NCBI GenBank assembly: GCA_012295275.1
Contig: CM022666.1
Span: forward strand, 13,082,001 to 13,146,000
DNA from: Chrysomallon squamiferum
Taxonomy: Eukaryota; Animalia; Mollusca
DNA: 64,000 bases
Reading direction: 5' to 3'
Shown here: piece by piece, positions 29,020-42,965 of the stretch
Layout of the letters: every line of letters starts with the position of its first letter
How positions within the stretch are numbered: the first letter of the stretch is position 1
The notes under the pieces: model-generated
The model's database searches: none
Seen by the model: the letters and a program-made list of their open reading frames with translations, nothing else
Told to the model about the DNA's origin: nothing
Translations under genes and position numbers: made by a program

Positions 29020-31968
29020 GGGGAGAAAAATCACAAAACGCTTGTTTAATTGATTCATTTATTTACAGGTTAAATCATACAAATAACTGTAAAAAATAAA
29101 ACTGGAAATTTAAACATCTCACTTTCTTTCACTCACATCCGAACAGAATATAACAACTTAGCATTAAAGCAGTGGAATCGGTAGTCAATGAACAAAAACC
29201 AAAAATTTACACAAATCCTAACAATCAACAATATATAAACATTTTTTTTTTTTTTTTTTTTTCTACATAAAGTGAAACCTGGTTACATATAAATAATTAA
29301 ATCTTAAAATAAGCATGCCTGTGAACGTGTTTAACATAATTAATTATTTAATCACTGATTATAAAAAGTATAGACAAAAATTTCAATAAACAATTATACC
29401 AATCTGATGATAGAAGCGTGTGCCATGCACACTACTAACTAAACTAGAAGCTGGTCATTTAATTTTTTTTTTTTTTTTGTTCTTGGAAAACGAATAAAAT
29501 TAATCGTTAAATTTGCTTCATTTACTTTTCAATGCGCATGCGTAATCTATATTTAGTAACTGATAGTGGTCAAGCTATTTAAAAACCAAACCGAACATCA
29601 AATACGTGAATAATAAATAAATTTAGGGGAATGATTACAATTATAATTATGTACAAGTCAACAACAGCATGTAAAATGTTTTTGCGATATCAGTACCAAA
29701 ATCAGTAATTTTAAATCTATATACAGTTTAAAAAATAATATATTTATTATATTTTTTTTTATAAACTAGTTAACAGTTAAAACAGGGGAGATTTTTTAGT
29801 GTGTTTTTAAATTTTCAACAAAACATAATAGTCAACCAGCTTTTTTTTCCCAATAACAAAATCTGAGAATAATTCTCGCAGTTTCTGTAACAACAGCGCA
29901 GACATCAATACTGAAAACAATAACACTGAAAGTACTATTAGTGCAGCTGGAGAAAAAATTTGTCCCCGACGATGAACTTTGCACTAAAATGTACATGTGA
30001 CGTCACGTCTGAAGTAGACAGACGATTGGCTTTTTTGTTTACGTAATTTTCTTTGCGCCTCTCGCAGAAGTTGCTGACGTCTGCTCATTTTTCTGACCAG
30101 TTGTACTTTTGCCAGACTACTAGTTTCCAGACAACATCTGTGACATTTCGTTCGCATAACTAATTATTCTGATTAAACGTATTTATAATAACATTAATTA
30201 TTAACAAACCATAGATTGCTAAGATCTACATTACGATTTTCTTTTCATAGATATAACTTGAAAGAGAAAAGAAAATACATAATAAAAATAAATTAAATAA
30301 AGAAAAAACTTTTTATAATTTAATTGCGATTAGGCACAGATGGTGTGAAAAATAGATTTTCTTTTCAATTATCAAATAATTAGGGTTTACATAATGAAAA
30401 TCCTTTATTGCGAGGGACAGAATTCCTTTTTTTGATCTACACATATTATATTGCTCTGCACAAATTTAAAATAAACATTTGAGAATTTGTTATAAAGACA
30501 GTTATGGCTTAAGCATAAATTAACATGCAAATTTAAATGTTATGATTTGTTTAACAGTTTTAAAATCTAATTGTCTTTTGTTTGATAATTACCATTAACT
30601 AAAAACATGTAATTCTAGGATATTTTATCACATTAGTTATCTGCAAGTCAATTTTCCCTAATGTATTCTTTCTTCATTATTTAATATTGTTATCTGAATA
30701 TTGAAAATATTTTAAGGGGAGGTACCAATGCAAAATCTGAAATATTTTGGAATAGTTAACATATAAAAAAAATATAGCAGACAACAGCATAAAATACACA
30801 GACACACACACAAAAAGAAGAAAAAAATAATATAAATAATAATAACAAAAAAAGTAAATAAATAAAATTTAAAAAGTAATAATGCCATAATAAAAAAAAT
30901 TAATAAAAATGTTGAAAGTATAAGCCACTAACCAAAACCACTGATTAAATGACAATGAAAACTGAAAAAATAAGAAAAAAATATATATATTTATATAAAG
31001 CAGCACAATTTGTATTCTGCACATTTTTAAAATTGCTCTTCACAAATTTTAATTTATACGATGGATATCATTTTAAAGAGCTGTGGTTTAATTATTAAAA
31101 TAATAAAAACATTAAATTTTAAAATTGTATAGAACCCCTGCCCAAACTACAAATAGATTTCTCAGTTTAATACCCCTGTAGAGTAATTTTAAAATGTACA
31201 GAATCATTAATTGTGCCTATATATATACGTGTGTATATACGTATGTATGTATGTATGTGTGTGTGTGCAGAAATGAGAGGATTAAAGCAATAAAAACTTG
31301 ACTTTCAACAAAATAAAATATTGTGCGTGTTCAGTAATGGAAAACAAATTTTTCTCCTATTTTTAAGAAGAAAAAAATTGTATTAGTAAAAAAAGGTTTT
31401 TGGATCAGCACAATTTAGATATTTACAATATTTGTCATGTATCAAAAATATTTCACTTTTTTGGTTTTGTCACACTATAAAATATTGTCACAAAAGATAC
31501 CTCATGTTTATACAAGTCAAAAGTACATTTTTACATGGAATGACAAGTATGTAGAAAGCAAATGAAAAAAAAAAGTATTTACCAATTCCTCAGCAGAAAT
31601 GAAATACCATCTAAACCAGAGGTTTTTAAAACAAATTCTGAGAAAATATTTAATTGATGCATATCCTTTTCCAAGAATCAAGCCAGATCAGCTTCAGTGA
31701 TGTCAGTTAATATGTGGGCAAAATGTACACAGTGCTTTAACCAGATCAAATTTAATACTAAATTATAATAGTTTTAAATTAAAAATTGAAAAAAAAAAAT
31801 TGTTCAGCTGAGTAGAGGATGATTATCATTTTTTAACAGGCCTTTCTGTATAAATACTGTTTTTAATTTTTTGTCAGCCATTACTGAATTTTCATCATGT
31901 ACCCCCAAAAGTTTGAAAACCTCTGGTCAAACAACAAAATAAGGATTTGGGAATGGTCAAGTATACAA

Positions 31969-32001
<33 letters not shown>

Positions 32002-32032
32002 AAAGCCCCCAAACTTCATTTAATAAAAATTA

Positions 32033-32067
<35 letters not shown>

Positions 32068-32665
32068 TTTAGCTATTTCTGCTATCAAAGTTTTTATTAA
32101 TTTTTTTATTATTTATTTAAGCATATTTTTATCAGCTATGCCCATCATGGCACACATTATTTATTAGCACCATTTAATGTCTATTTAACATGGCAGCACA
32201 ACCCATCATATTTGTAAAATGAAATAAACAACAAACGCATAACACAACTGCCCAAAGAAAAATTTCCAGAACTATATATATATATATATATGTAACATAA
32301 AAAAAATGAATAATAATAATTATTATTAAAAAAGTGATAATCAAAATTATAATAAAAAAAAAAAAATAACCAAAAATACAATAATAATAATTATTTTTAT
32401 TGAAAAAAACCCTTGGTAATATTTAGGAAACAAAAACAACCAGTACAGATACAATTATTCTGTACAAATAATCAAATAACCAACACTGTTGCAGCTAACC
32501 CTGTTTGTTTTTTGCATACCTGTATATGTATGTACGTATGTATGTGTATATTTTATATACATATTGCAATATTTTCTTACTGTTGAGGTCATCAAGTTAA
32601 AAATCAACATTCATTACAGTCACTAAGGTATCTTTCATTTAGTGGTGTCAAAAGCCTGTCCATTA

Positions 32666-32991
32666 TCACAGAGTTCCTTTTGGAAAGCCTGTTGACATCT
32701 GCCTGACGTAATTCTGAACCTTTGGTCCACTGACATTCTGTGAAAATGTTGTGTTCAGATTCCCTGATTCCAACATGGAATACTCCATCTGACAATCAAA
32801 TGTTTTTTCAAAAGCATCAATAAATGGGCCAGCTGCTTCCTCAATAGAGATTGGTCGAGAGAGTTCTTTTGACAGTGATGTCACTTCCTTATCTGGAATT
32901 CCGCATGGCTCTATGTGCTTGAACCACCCCAGGTCTGTGCTACAGTTGAGTGATATTCCGTGTGTAGTCACGTACCTTTTGCCATGCACTC
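32666..32991 (-). CDS. LIPT2: LIPT2 last coding exon (octanoyl-[ACP]:protein octanoyltransferase, LipB family)
   Basis: Acceptor tttcag|GA. Phase 1 joins ...KIAAIG|VHGKRYVTTHGISLNCSTDLGWFKHIEPCGIPDK, which contains the LipB HG-x-x-LN motif and the catalytic PCG cysteine. Ends TGA at 32668-32666, followed by TAA. Confidence 0.96.
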
Positions 32992-34109
32992 CTGAAATTT
33001 ATAAAAATTTATATACATGTAGTCTGGGACAAAAAACTTTTTTAGAAGTTTTAAATATGAAACTGAAAAGAATTTTTTCCCACTGATCTGCAACACTCGT
33101 TCATTTTATCTTATATGTACAAAACAAAGACAATCACTCATTCACTCACAAACACACAAACACACACAAACTCTCCCTCCCTCTCCCCCCTCTCTCTCAT
33201 ATTACTATAACTAAAACAATTTCATTGTAACTGCAACATTAACTACTGTCACAAAAATGATGTTTTCTTAATAGTCAGAAATAAAAATTGTTTTAGTTAA
33301 ACAGATGGCTGGATGAAAAAATAAAAATAATATTATAATTTAAAAATTAAAAACATTAAAATTTAATGAGTATATTTATATAATAATAATATAAAAAAAT
33401 AAAATAAAATCACATGATTGCTTTATAAGCATTTTTTTTAAAAATTATTATAAAATACCCTTTTAGTTTTAGTCTAAAAACCCAAAACCAATTTGGACTT
33501 GACAACAACAACAAGATTGTCAAATGACACCCCATAAAAAAAAGCAGGTCAGCTATTTGGTATCAGCAAAAGATATGAAAATAATTTATACAAAATTAAA
33601 CAGCAAAAATAATATAAAAATTTCAAAAGTTTATCTAACACAGCGTGAAGAACTGTTCAAAATATAATCATCAGATTTATCTGACAACAAAGCTGAGATC
33701 TCAAGTGTTATAAAGTACCCTGGAGCCATCAGATTAAAACAATGGAACACAACATTTGCAACCAACTCCCACCAGTATGTAAATACTGTCTCATTGTCAG
33801 TCCTAGTAGGAAATATTATGCAATGTGGTAAAAATAGCTGATTGTTTACAGGTGTTGACAGACATCTGTTTCTACTGACAACACATGCAGATGGGGCATG
33901 AGTCATGTGATTAGGTCCTTGAATAGTGCTGTATGTACTTAGAATGAAAACATACGAAAAACACATGAATTTAAAATATGATCTACAAAAAGTATAAAGT
34001 ACTGATGTATTTAAATTATAAAACCATATATTTAAATTATGTGATGTATTTAAAAAGTTTAATGTATTTTAAAGAGAAATTTAATTAAAACTTGATGTAT
34101 TTAAATTAT

Positions 34110-34380
34110 GTGATATGGTGTATTTCAGATGTAGCTATCTGAATCAGAAAAACTCAAAGACTACTTCAAAACATCCTGGACACATCTGCTCACTACTTTT
34201 TCACAAAGACATTAAATAATTAACAGTGACTTCATGGACAGTTATTCAATAACTGGCTGCCTGCCCAGCAAATGATGAAGGTAACACAAGTGTAAGAGGG
34301 ACGTCTGCAGAGTACATTATGGAATGTAACAAACTGAAAACCAGGTTGGATCACTCAAGGCAACAAAAGCAGTAACTTCT
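34110..34380 (+). mobile_element. Possible highly decayed LINE reverse-transcriptase fragment in the LIPT2 intron
   Basis: DVAI*IRKTQRLLQNILDTSAHYFSQRH*IINS loosely resembles the RT segment after YADD (LQxxLxxxxxY...xIN). Stops present; weak. Confidence 0.25.
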
Positions 34381-35514
34381 GATGTATAATTTACTTATTT
34401 AATTGTTCTTTTTTTTGTTCTATTTACAGAAATTCAGCAACATGACATGGTTATGAATATAATTATAGTAAATGATTTATAGAATTAGTCTATATATCAC
34501 ATGCATCACATACTTTACCATATAATGAGTACTTAATTACACAATTTTCTACCATCATGAGCATTATTGTTGCACAACAACATGTGTGGAAAATACTGAC
34601 AGTGGTAAATGTGGTAATGTTATATATTTATAAAAGATATTTTACAACCAGTAACAGCAGCCAATAAACAAGCCTTTGCTGCCAACAAAAAAAGGGACCC
34701 CATAAAATACCCCTCTATTCTTATTAAAGAGTAATCTATAAAAGATTCCTTACTGCTAGTTGAAAAGAGTAACCCATAAATGATGCCTTATTGCCAGTTA
34801 AAACTGGTAATCAATGAAGATCACTTACTGTTAATAAAACAGCAAGTAAAATTATTTGATTCTCAGCTTTCATATCATTACACCAAAACTGTTTCAACAT
34901 TTCAACAGACACTAATTTTTCATTAAATAAATAAATAAACAATATACTGATAATAAAAACAGACTGACAGGAAGTCACAGGTGACATTTGTGTGTGTTTT
35001 TTTAATCAATATGCTCAGATGTGGCTACACTTACTACAGTGCACACAGTTGATACAAGTATGATAACCGTATCACTGTTTTAATATATTCACTATGACAA
35101 ATGTTTTTTCTGACAAACAGAAAAATAATACATTACAACAACTGATGAACTGGGAAAATAAAGTTGTGGAACAAACAGAAGATGCACAAGGATTATCTGA
35201 TTTAAGAAAATTATTATCAAGCAAAGAAAGATTTCTTCATAATGTTAAAACAGTTTAACAGTTATCAAGTTTTTAATTGTTGTTACTTTATTTTTTACTT
35301 TTTATTTTTTAAATAAATTTTAATTTTAATAGTAACTGAATGCCAGTAAACAACTGCAAACTAATGGATAGGTGCCCATTCTGCATTTAAACAATATTAC
35401 ACATATTTAATTTTTAAAAATTAACCTTGTTCAAAAATTGTATGTGAACAAGATACAATTTAAAAATCACATTTAAACAATATTAAAAATAAAAAATTAC
35501 AAAAATTCACTCAC

Positions 35515-35980
35515 CTATCGCAGCAATTTTTCTGTCTTTGACCCACACCCCTGTGTATTTAGACGTTTGAGCAGAGACACCGAAATATTTGCAGCATTTG
35601 ATGAGAGTGTTTTCCAGAGATGATATGTACCACTTCATGCTGGGCTGGAAGTGCTGCAGGTTGAGGATTGGGTAGACAACCAGCTGACCTGGTCCATGAA
35701 ATGTTATAAGTCCACCCCTGTTTGTCTGATAAAACTCTGCTCCCAGTGATTTCAAATGATGCTCCGTGTCTGGACCATAGTCGAGATTTCGTATCCCCAC
35801 AGTGTACACTGGATTGTGTTCCACCATGAGGAGGACATCTTTAGACTTTGCGGTTGGGTGACCGGCTATTTCATCGAGGTGTTGTCGGGCGTATCTCATC
35901 TGGACATCGTTGGCTGCTAAGAAGCCCATTCTGCCAAGATTGATGACGTAAACCAAGCGTTTGGACACTGCATGAGCCAT
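35515..35980 (-). CDS. LIPT2: LIPT2 first coding exon
   Basis: ATG at 35980. Encodes MAHAVSKRLV...LMVEHNPVYTVG...TNRGGLITFHGPGQLVVYPIL...TGVWVKDRKIAAIG (LipB signature RGG-x-x-T-x-HGPGQL). Donor G|gtgagt at 35514. 466+326 nt = 263 aa + stop. A polypyrimidine tract and cag acceptor lie 2 nt before the ATG, implying an upstream exon. Confidence 0.96.
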
Positions 35981-37399
35981 CGCTGTGACAAGAAAACAAA
36001 AATAAAAGATTCTGTAAGTGTACGGATGTAGATTGTGTGCTGGTAAATAAATGAAGGTTTATATATAAAAAGGTCCACGAAGCAGGTTTTCTGATTTGTG
36101 CTTTCAGATGAATGACATACACAAATGTCAATTAAAAATAAACATGACCAGATAGGACAACATATTCAGATAAAAAAAAATTAAAACTGTATTTTTCATG
36201 TATGCTATTTATAATTTTATTTTAATTTTGTTATCTTGTGTTAAAAAGCAGAACATTTTCGCTCTATTATTTATTTTATTTTTTTCATTGTAAACGTGAC
36301 ATCTGATTTTAAGTTTATACCTTAACACAGTCACAGGCAAATACTCGTTTAGCTCAGAGAGAAAAAGGAAATTACTTGAAATCCACAATAAATTCAAATT
36401 CAGTGAAATGTTTGGACTGGAAGCAAATTACTGGTAATGTGTTTGTTGTATTGGATTTGAAAGGTACAAAGTCTTATTCTGTTTCTGTTTAATGTTATCT
36501 CTAATGTGTTGATACAGATAACTTCATATCTATTTTTGGTTTACCAATTTATAAAAATCTTCTACATCAGCAGTTCCCAATGTAGGTGACATCACACTAT
36601 GGGTTAACTCAGTGGTTTGTGTAATAACACTGGATATGACTGGTTACAAGATCAGGCCTGCTTAGAGCACATTTAAAACTAGACACTATTTTTGCCACTG
36701 ATATATGATTTTTTAAATTATTATTTATTTTTAAAATCAAAGCCTTTAGCATGTCTGACCTGTCTATAAGAAGACACACACATTAACGATCCCTTCTGCG
36801 TATTTGATAACAGTCTAGCAACCAGAAGTAATGGCTGACTTTCTCATATTTCCATGATGCAAAGAAAGTATAATCATAATCTCTTAATGAAATTTAAAAT
36901 ATTAAACAAATTCCAGTCATTTATTCCTTCTAATCAAGGAACCTGTTTCAAAATTTTTGATACTTGTTCAAATTTAAAGGTTATGAAAAAAATAATAATC
37001 ATGAACTGCAAAATTAAAGAATGTTTCAAAACTGTGTAGAGATTTCTGAAGCAATACAATACTGAACAAACTGATCTGTATAAATAAACAATTTTAACTG
37101 ACAGAAAGAATATTCACAAGAATTTATGTTTTGCATATGCATGCAAGTCTGTAACTGAAAATCAACTCACAAAAAAGGGACAGCATCTACACTAAGACAT
37201 CATCTCTATACTGCAGATATAAGTACACAGAACATGATTCTCATTATAGTTTTTACAAAATGGCGGTACTTTAATTACTGAAGTTGTTGATTAACTACAA
37301 GTTATGGTATGTAAATCATTTCTTTACTGCTCTATAGTGACTATTACTTTAGAAACTTATCACAGAGGTTCAACAACATTTTTTTTTATGACCATCAGA

Positions 37400-37690
37400 A
37401 TTATGTCTTAAGACCAAGTAAATTATGTTTATGACAAACTAATTTAGGTCTACAATCAAGTTATATTTATAACCAAGTTATGTTTACATTCAAATTGTTT
37501 ACAACCAAATTACGTTTACAATCAAGCTAGATTTACAATCCATCTAGGTTCACAACCATATTAGGTTTACAACCAAGTTACGTTTACATTCAACATATTT
37601 ACAACAAAGTTATGTTTACAATCAAGCTAGGTTTACATTCAGTTTAAGTTCACAACCATATTAGATCTATAATCATATTATGTTCATGAT
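37400..37690. repeat. ~18-20-bp degenerate minisatellite in the LIPT2 5' intron
   Basis: TTTACAA(C/T)CAAG(T/C)TA(T/G)G variants repeated. Confidence 0.85.
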
Positions 37691-37961
37691 GAATTAAGAT
37701 ACACTGACACCCAAATACATTGTTTATAAACATTCAAGACAAAAGGATGCTTTCTGAAGATAAATAAAAAATCTTTGACTGTACACTAGTTTATAAACAT
37801 ACATTTACACCAAGTGGTCTTGTTCTGCACTGAAAAGTTGTTCAAATATAAATAATATCTTCCCTGCATGCAAGTCAAATCAACAGAGCCTTGCAGAATT
37901 AGTCATGTGTGCAATTAATGTTATTATGTTTATACCTGGCTCTGGCTGTCTGTCTGTGTGT

Positions 37962-38054
<93 letters not shown>

Positions 38055-39360
38055 TGTTTGCTTTTCCACAGTGAAGGTTTTTACTGCTTAACAGTAATAA
38101 AAAATAAATAATACAAAAAATATACCTCTCAGTAACATTTTATATGTGCTTGTTTTCTTAATAAACAGGGGCATTTTAAATCAAAGTGTCTGTGAAAAGT
38201 AAATGTTGAGTCACTTTTATACACATCTACTGTTCTAGGCTATGGGGTTTTAAGGCAGACTGATAAGGTAATGTAGAAATGAAGTGAGCCATGGGGCAAC
38301 AAATCTGTCAAGCCAGTTGATGCCAAACATCACAAAGTTTCTTTAATGACAGATAATTACTTTTTCATACACTGAGCATTTTTAACACAGCAAGATGAAT
38401 GTTTTATTTAACACACACACACACACACACCATCGTCATCATCATCATCAGCAGCAGATATGCTTTATTTATGAGACTGGATGAGCAACAATAAGGTTGT
38501 TAATGATATTCTTCATTATATAAAAATTAAAAACAAAATTTACAGGATGGATCTGGCAATGTTAGAAAGAAGAACAAAATATACAGATTATGTAACTAAG
38601 AATGTAATTATTCATTATAAAAGAAAAAGTATTAGCAGTAATTACAAGAGCTGCTAAAGAAGGTGAAGGCAAAATGTGGGTAAATTAGTAATGTAATCAG
38701 ACATTACAAAAACAAAACCAAGTCCAGGGATTCTAATACAATGAATGCAGTAATTAATGGAAAATTATCCATAACAAAGAACAGTATAAAAAAGGTGTGA
38801 TCCAGTGATTCTGAAGACGGCAATATGATAAACAGATACATTTAATTTCATAAAGAGTAATTATCAAGAAGAAAGAAGGCAAAAAAAAATATAAAATAAA
38901 ATAATTAAAATAATAATAATATCAATCACATAATAAATAATGGGGGAGTAAGGGACATTTCTCTGTAACAGCAGTGTCACTTATGGACAAGTCAATGTGA
39001 ATGGAAATGTAATTTCATGGCTGACTACCACATCCCGTATTATGACAGTATGTACAGACTTGTTCTCAAATTTCCAGCCTCTATAAATAACATGTATGAG
39101 ATTTGCACTGTTTGTCATCCATGACACCTATTGATTAAATACTCTGTACTTTTTTAGACTGGAGAAGACAGATCTGTGTTTCCATGTTTACTATAGATAT
39201 TATTTACGCTATAAAGACCTAATGGATTACTGCAACAGTTGTTTCCTATACGATAACTGTTGTTCTTACTAGCTTTTGTATTATCTCCCTTAGTATGCCC
39301 ATTTATTTATTTCCCATTCCAGTCAGAGCAAAACCAATTTATAAACAGTTGTAATATGTA

Positions 39361-39671
39361 CAGGTTAAGGATCCCTTATCGTAAATGCACAGGACCAGAA
39401 GTGTTTCGGCTTTTGGAACTTTTCTGATTCTTGAATATAAGGATATTTAAATCTAAACACAAATTCCATTTACATTTCATGTACAGCTTATACATATAGA
39501 TTGCAGGATTTTTTATATGATATAGTTAATCATTTTGTTCATGAAATCAATTTTTTTATATGCTGGAGTATCTGAAAACTGTAAGATATCAGTATTTCAA
39601 TTTCTCATAAAATCTTTCGGATTTCAGAACATTTCAGATTTTGGGATTTTGGATAAAGGATTGCCAACCTG
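39361..39671. mobile_element. Tigger/pogo-family MITE, Tigger4/MER46-like
   Basis: TA|CAGGTTaaggATCCCTTATC...GATAAAGGATtgccAACCTG|TA: terminal inverted repeats with TA target duplication, 311 bp. Confidence 0.85.
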
Positions 39672-41976
39672 TACTTTGCTGTTTTGGATGGTTCAAGCTA
39701 AAGATTATTTGCTGTGTATGCATATAAACAGCACATGGTGAACCTATAATAGGATTTCCATATATAATCATGAATAAAAAAATAAAAATAAAATAAAAAT
39801 AAAACAATAAAATTACAGTATAAAACAATATAATACATTACAATAAATAAATAATAAAATAAAATAAAATTTACTAGTACAACCTCTAGTAATTGACCTG
39901 TGTAAAGTGCAAAACATTTATTAATTTCAGTTATTTATCATCTTTGTACATTTATTTGTTCACATTTCTTTTGAAGTGAAATTTATTAACACTTAATATA
40001 AGCATGTAATATATTTTGTACGTATCAGGTGGAGGCTTAGGTCATGTAATATATATGGATATAAATTATCAGTTTTAAATGTAAAAAAGAATACACTTAA
40101 AAAACAAATTAAAAAACAAATGTATTATGCAAAAATATATTTTGACATTTCTAGAAAGATCCATGTTTAATAAATGTTAATATATTACTGCTTTATAACA
40201 CTTTAAAATGAATATTATTTATGAACGAATAAATGAAACATGCAGTAAAATAGCAATTCCTTATAAAAAAATTCTGGTTTTTGTTACTGAAAATTTTAAA
40301 ATTATGTCTGTAAATCTTACATAGCTACTAATGGGGTTTTTTGGAAGTGGGATTTTTTTTTTTTTTTTTTTTATATTTCCATTTCCATGTGATTTAATAT
40401 ATTCAAAATTGTCTCATTTTTTTCAATTTCTATTTGATATTAACTCTAATTTTTTATTGCTTGCACAATTCTTTAGTTTTAAATTAGTAAAATTATTTTA
40501 CTGTTTTGGAATTCCTATATCTTACTTTTCATCTGCTAGCCAGCAGAGTCTAAATCTGCCATTTTGAACTTTGATAAGGGACCTTAACATACTAACACCT
40601 TTTTAAATCTAAAATATATGCCACTTTCAGCAAAAATAAATGAAAAAATGAAATAAAAAGTAAAATAAAAGTAAAATAAATAAATAAATAAAAAAAAAAT
40701 TAAAAATTAAAAATAGAATAAACAAAGACAAAATATAATAATACAAATACTACTACTACTACTATTTAATAGTAAAATGAAAAAAAAAAAAAAAAAAAAC
40801 AAAGATTCCTAAATTAGATGTTAAAAGCCTTTTTAGTACATCTTTAAACCTTCATTTCCTGTTTGTCTTCACTCAATCATTCTGCAGAACAGGTTCATTT
40901 AAGTGTGTGGATGAAGAGAATCCTCTTCAAACCAAATTTAGCAGTAATATTAAAGAGCCTGGCAAAGACTAGTCAACATAAGAGATAAAAAAAAAAAAAA
41001 AAAAAAAATGTTCTTACGAAAATAGCATGGCATTAAGAAATTAAATTGACTCTGGGGTAAAAAAGCGAGAGGCAGGAAACAAAAAAACACAACAAAAAAA
41101 TTGCCGATAGGAAAAAAAGAAAAGTTGTAAAATGTAAACTGATAATACTGTATTTGCAGAAACATTTGTTTTCAAAATAGTGATTAATAATAACTGATAA
41201 AATTTAGAACTGTCCAAAATAGGCTTAGATAATTCTATTTCAGAATCATGTAACAGTCTACTGGAAAAAATATTCTAGCTGAGTACAAAACAACAAAATA
41301 ATAATAAATAAATTTCAATAAATAAACATAAAATTATAATAATAAAAATATATAAAAAATAAAAACCAAATATTAAATTAGCGTCTACTTTGATTTATTA
41401 TTTGTTAACCTGGTTTAAAATAAATAAATAAACATGAAAACTGTAAAAAAAAAATTAATAATAATTATAATAATCAACAAATTATAAGCAGTATTAAAAA
41501 AAATAAAAAAAATAAAAAATACTGTACTCCACAATAACAAAAAAGACCTATTTAAACAATGAAATAAATATCACATTGTGTTTTGTTACTTTGCAAGTAA
41601 TAAAATGAACTGCTAGATTGTGCAGTAACCTCTAATTTACCTCCTGATACCTTTACAAAATCCTCAGTTTACATAAAAACGTGAAACCAATACATGTGAC
41701 AGAAGCAAAACAGAGATATAATGTTTAGTACACGACCTATCTTGTGTAGAGTCCTTAACAATAAAACAACAAAAAAATAAACAGATAAATAAATAATAAC
41801 CACAACAATAACAATAAAATGTTAAAATTATAAAACAATAGGCCTATATACTCTATTACAAGCACAACCTGGTCATTATTAGCATGTAAATTTGCTTCAA
41901 GATTAGAAAACTATATACTTTATAAACATAATAAATGAAATCAATAAAAATATCAGTTATACTTGACGTACTGCAA

Positions 41977-42056
<80 letters not shown>

Positions 42057-42454
42057 CATACGTACGAGCTAAAACTAAGAATTAAACAAAATATTATTAC
42101 TAATACGTGCATCTTTTGTTATTGTATTCAAAATTTATACTGTTGAAGTAAAAATTTAATTTTAGCTGATAAAATTACCTATTTATTTATTGTTAACTTT
42201 ATTTCATTAAATATTAATGACAACTGAATAACAAATTCCTATTCCTTGTTGTTAAGATTAAATGTGCCCACATTTTCTGTGCGTTACAGTAATATACAGA
42301 TGAATACGAATGCAAACTGTCAGCGTCAAAACTGATTGCCACTTAATTAAAGCACACTACGAGCAAATAATTATTTCTCAGACGTACATGTATTTGTGCT
42401 GAGCTTAGCTTCGACTGGCTGTAATTTGAGTAAATTAATCTATCAAACTCATAC

Positions 42455-42780
42455 CTTATTATATATCTTTTTCTCAGTTTTAAAGATGCTCCTTAAAATA
42501 TGCTACGTTAAAACCTCAAATGGCTCAAGGAAAATGTCCAGGAAAAAGTCAGCCTTCTGAAACAGGCATCTTGTCCAAGCGAAAAAACGAGCGTTTGTTT
42601 TTAAAATAATGTGCACAAACTTCTACAAATATGATGGAACGTGACTGACAGCACGTGCACTGGGGAAAACAAAAGACGTCTGCTTGAAGACTACAACTAG
42701 ATTGTGTTAAACGAGAAAAACAGAGCTTTCTCGAATATGTCGTCTGCTCGCTGACGTCTCGCAATGAACGAGTCGGTTAT
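42455..42780 (-). other. LIPT2: Probable non-coding first exon (5' UTR) of LIPT2; 5' end approximate
   Basis: Minus-strand donor AAG|gtatga at 42455/42454 at the edge of a CpG-rich patch. In-frame TAA just before the donor means it would be UTR. Link to the acceptor at 35983 is inferred. Confidence 0.5.
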
Positions 42781-42965
42781 ACCTAATAGGTATATATACT
42801 AATCATTGCCGATCCAACTATCAGTATCCTCGTTCGTGTCTGACCCACGCTTTGGTGTTTACATCAGCGAAAAAACGTGACGGAGCTTTTGCAACAAGAA
42901 CTATCATTGGACAATTAAATATCAACTAGCCAATCACATGACAGAACATTTTGTTGCATATTTAT
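42740..42965. promoter_or_regulatory. Putative LIPT2 promoter
   Basis: CpG-rich. CRE-like CTGACGTCT (~42751), ACGTGAC (~42875), inverted CCAAT (ATTGG ~42906) and AGCCAATCACATGAC (~42928). Confidence 0.45.

Noticed and set aside
32660-32668. Stop-codon readthrough or selenocysteine at the LIPT2 TGA
   Set aside because: Followed immediately by TAA, and no SECIS seen.
35507-35980. Bacterial lipB contamination or horizontal gene transfer
   Set aside because: The gene has canonical GT-AG introns and eukaryotic repeat context, consistent with native LIPT2.
38520-38830. Purine-rich stretch as a LINE ORF2 remnant
   Set aside because: No convincing motif recoverable by eye.
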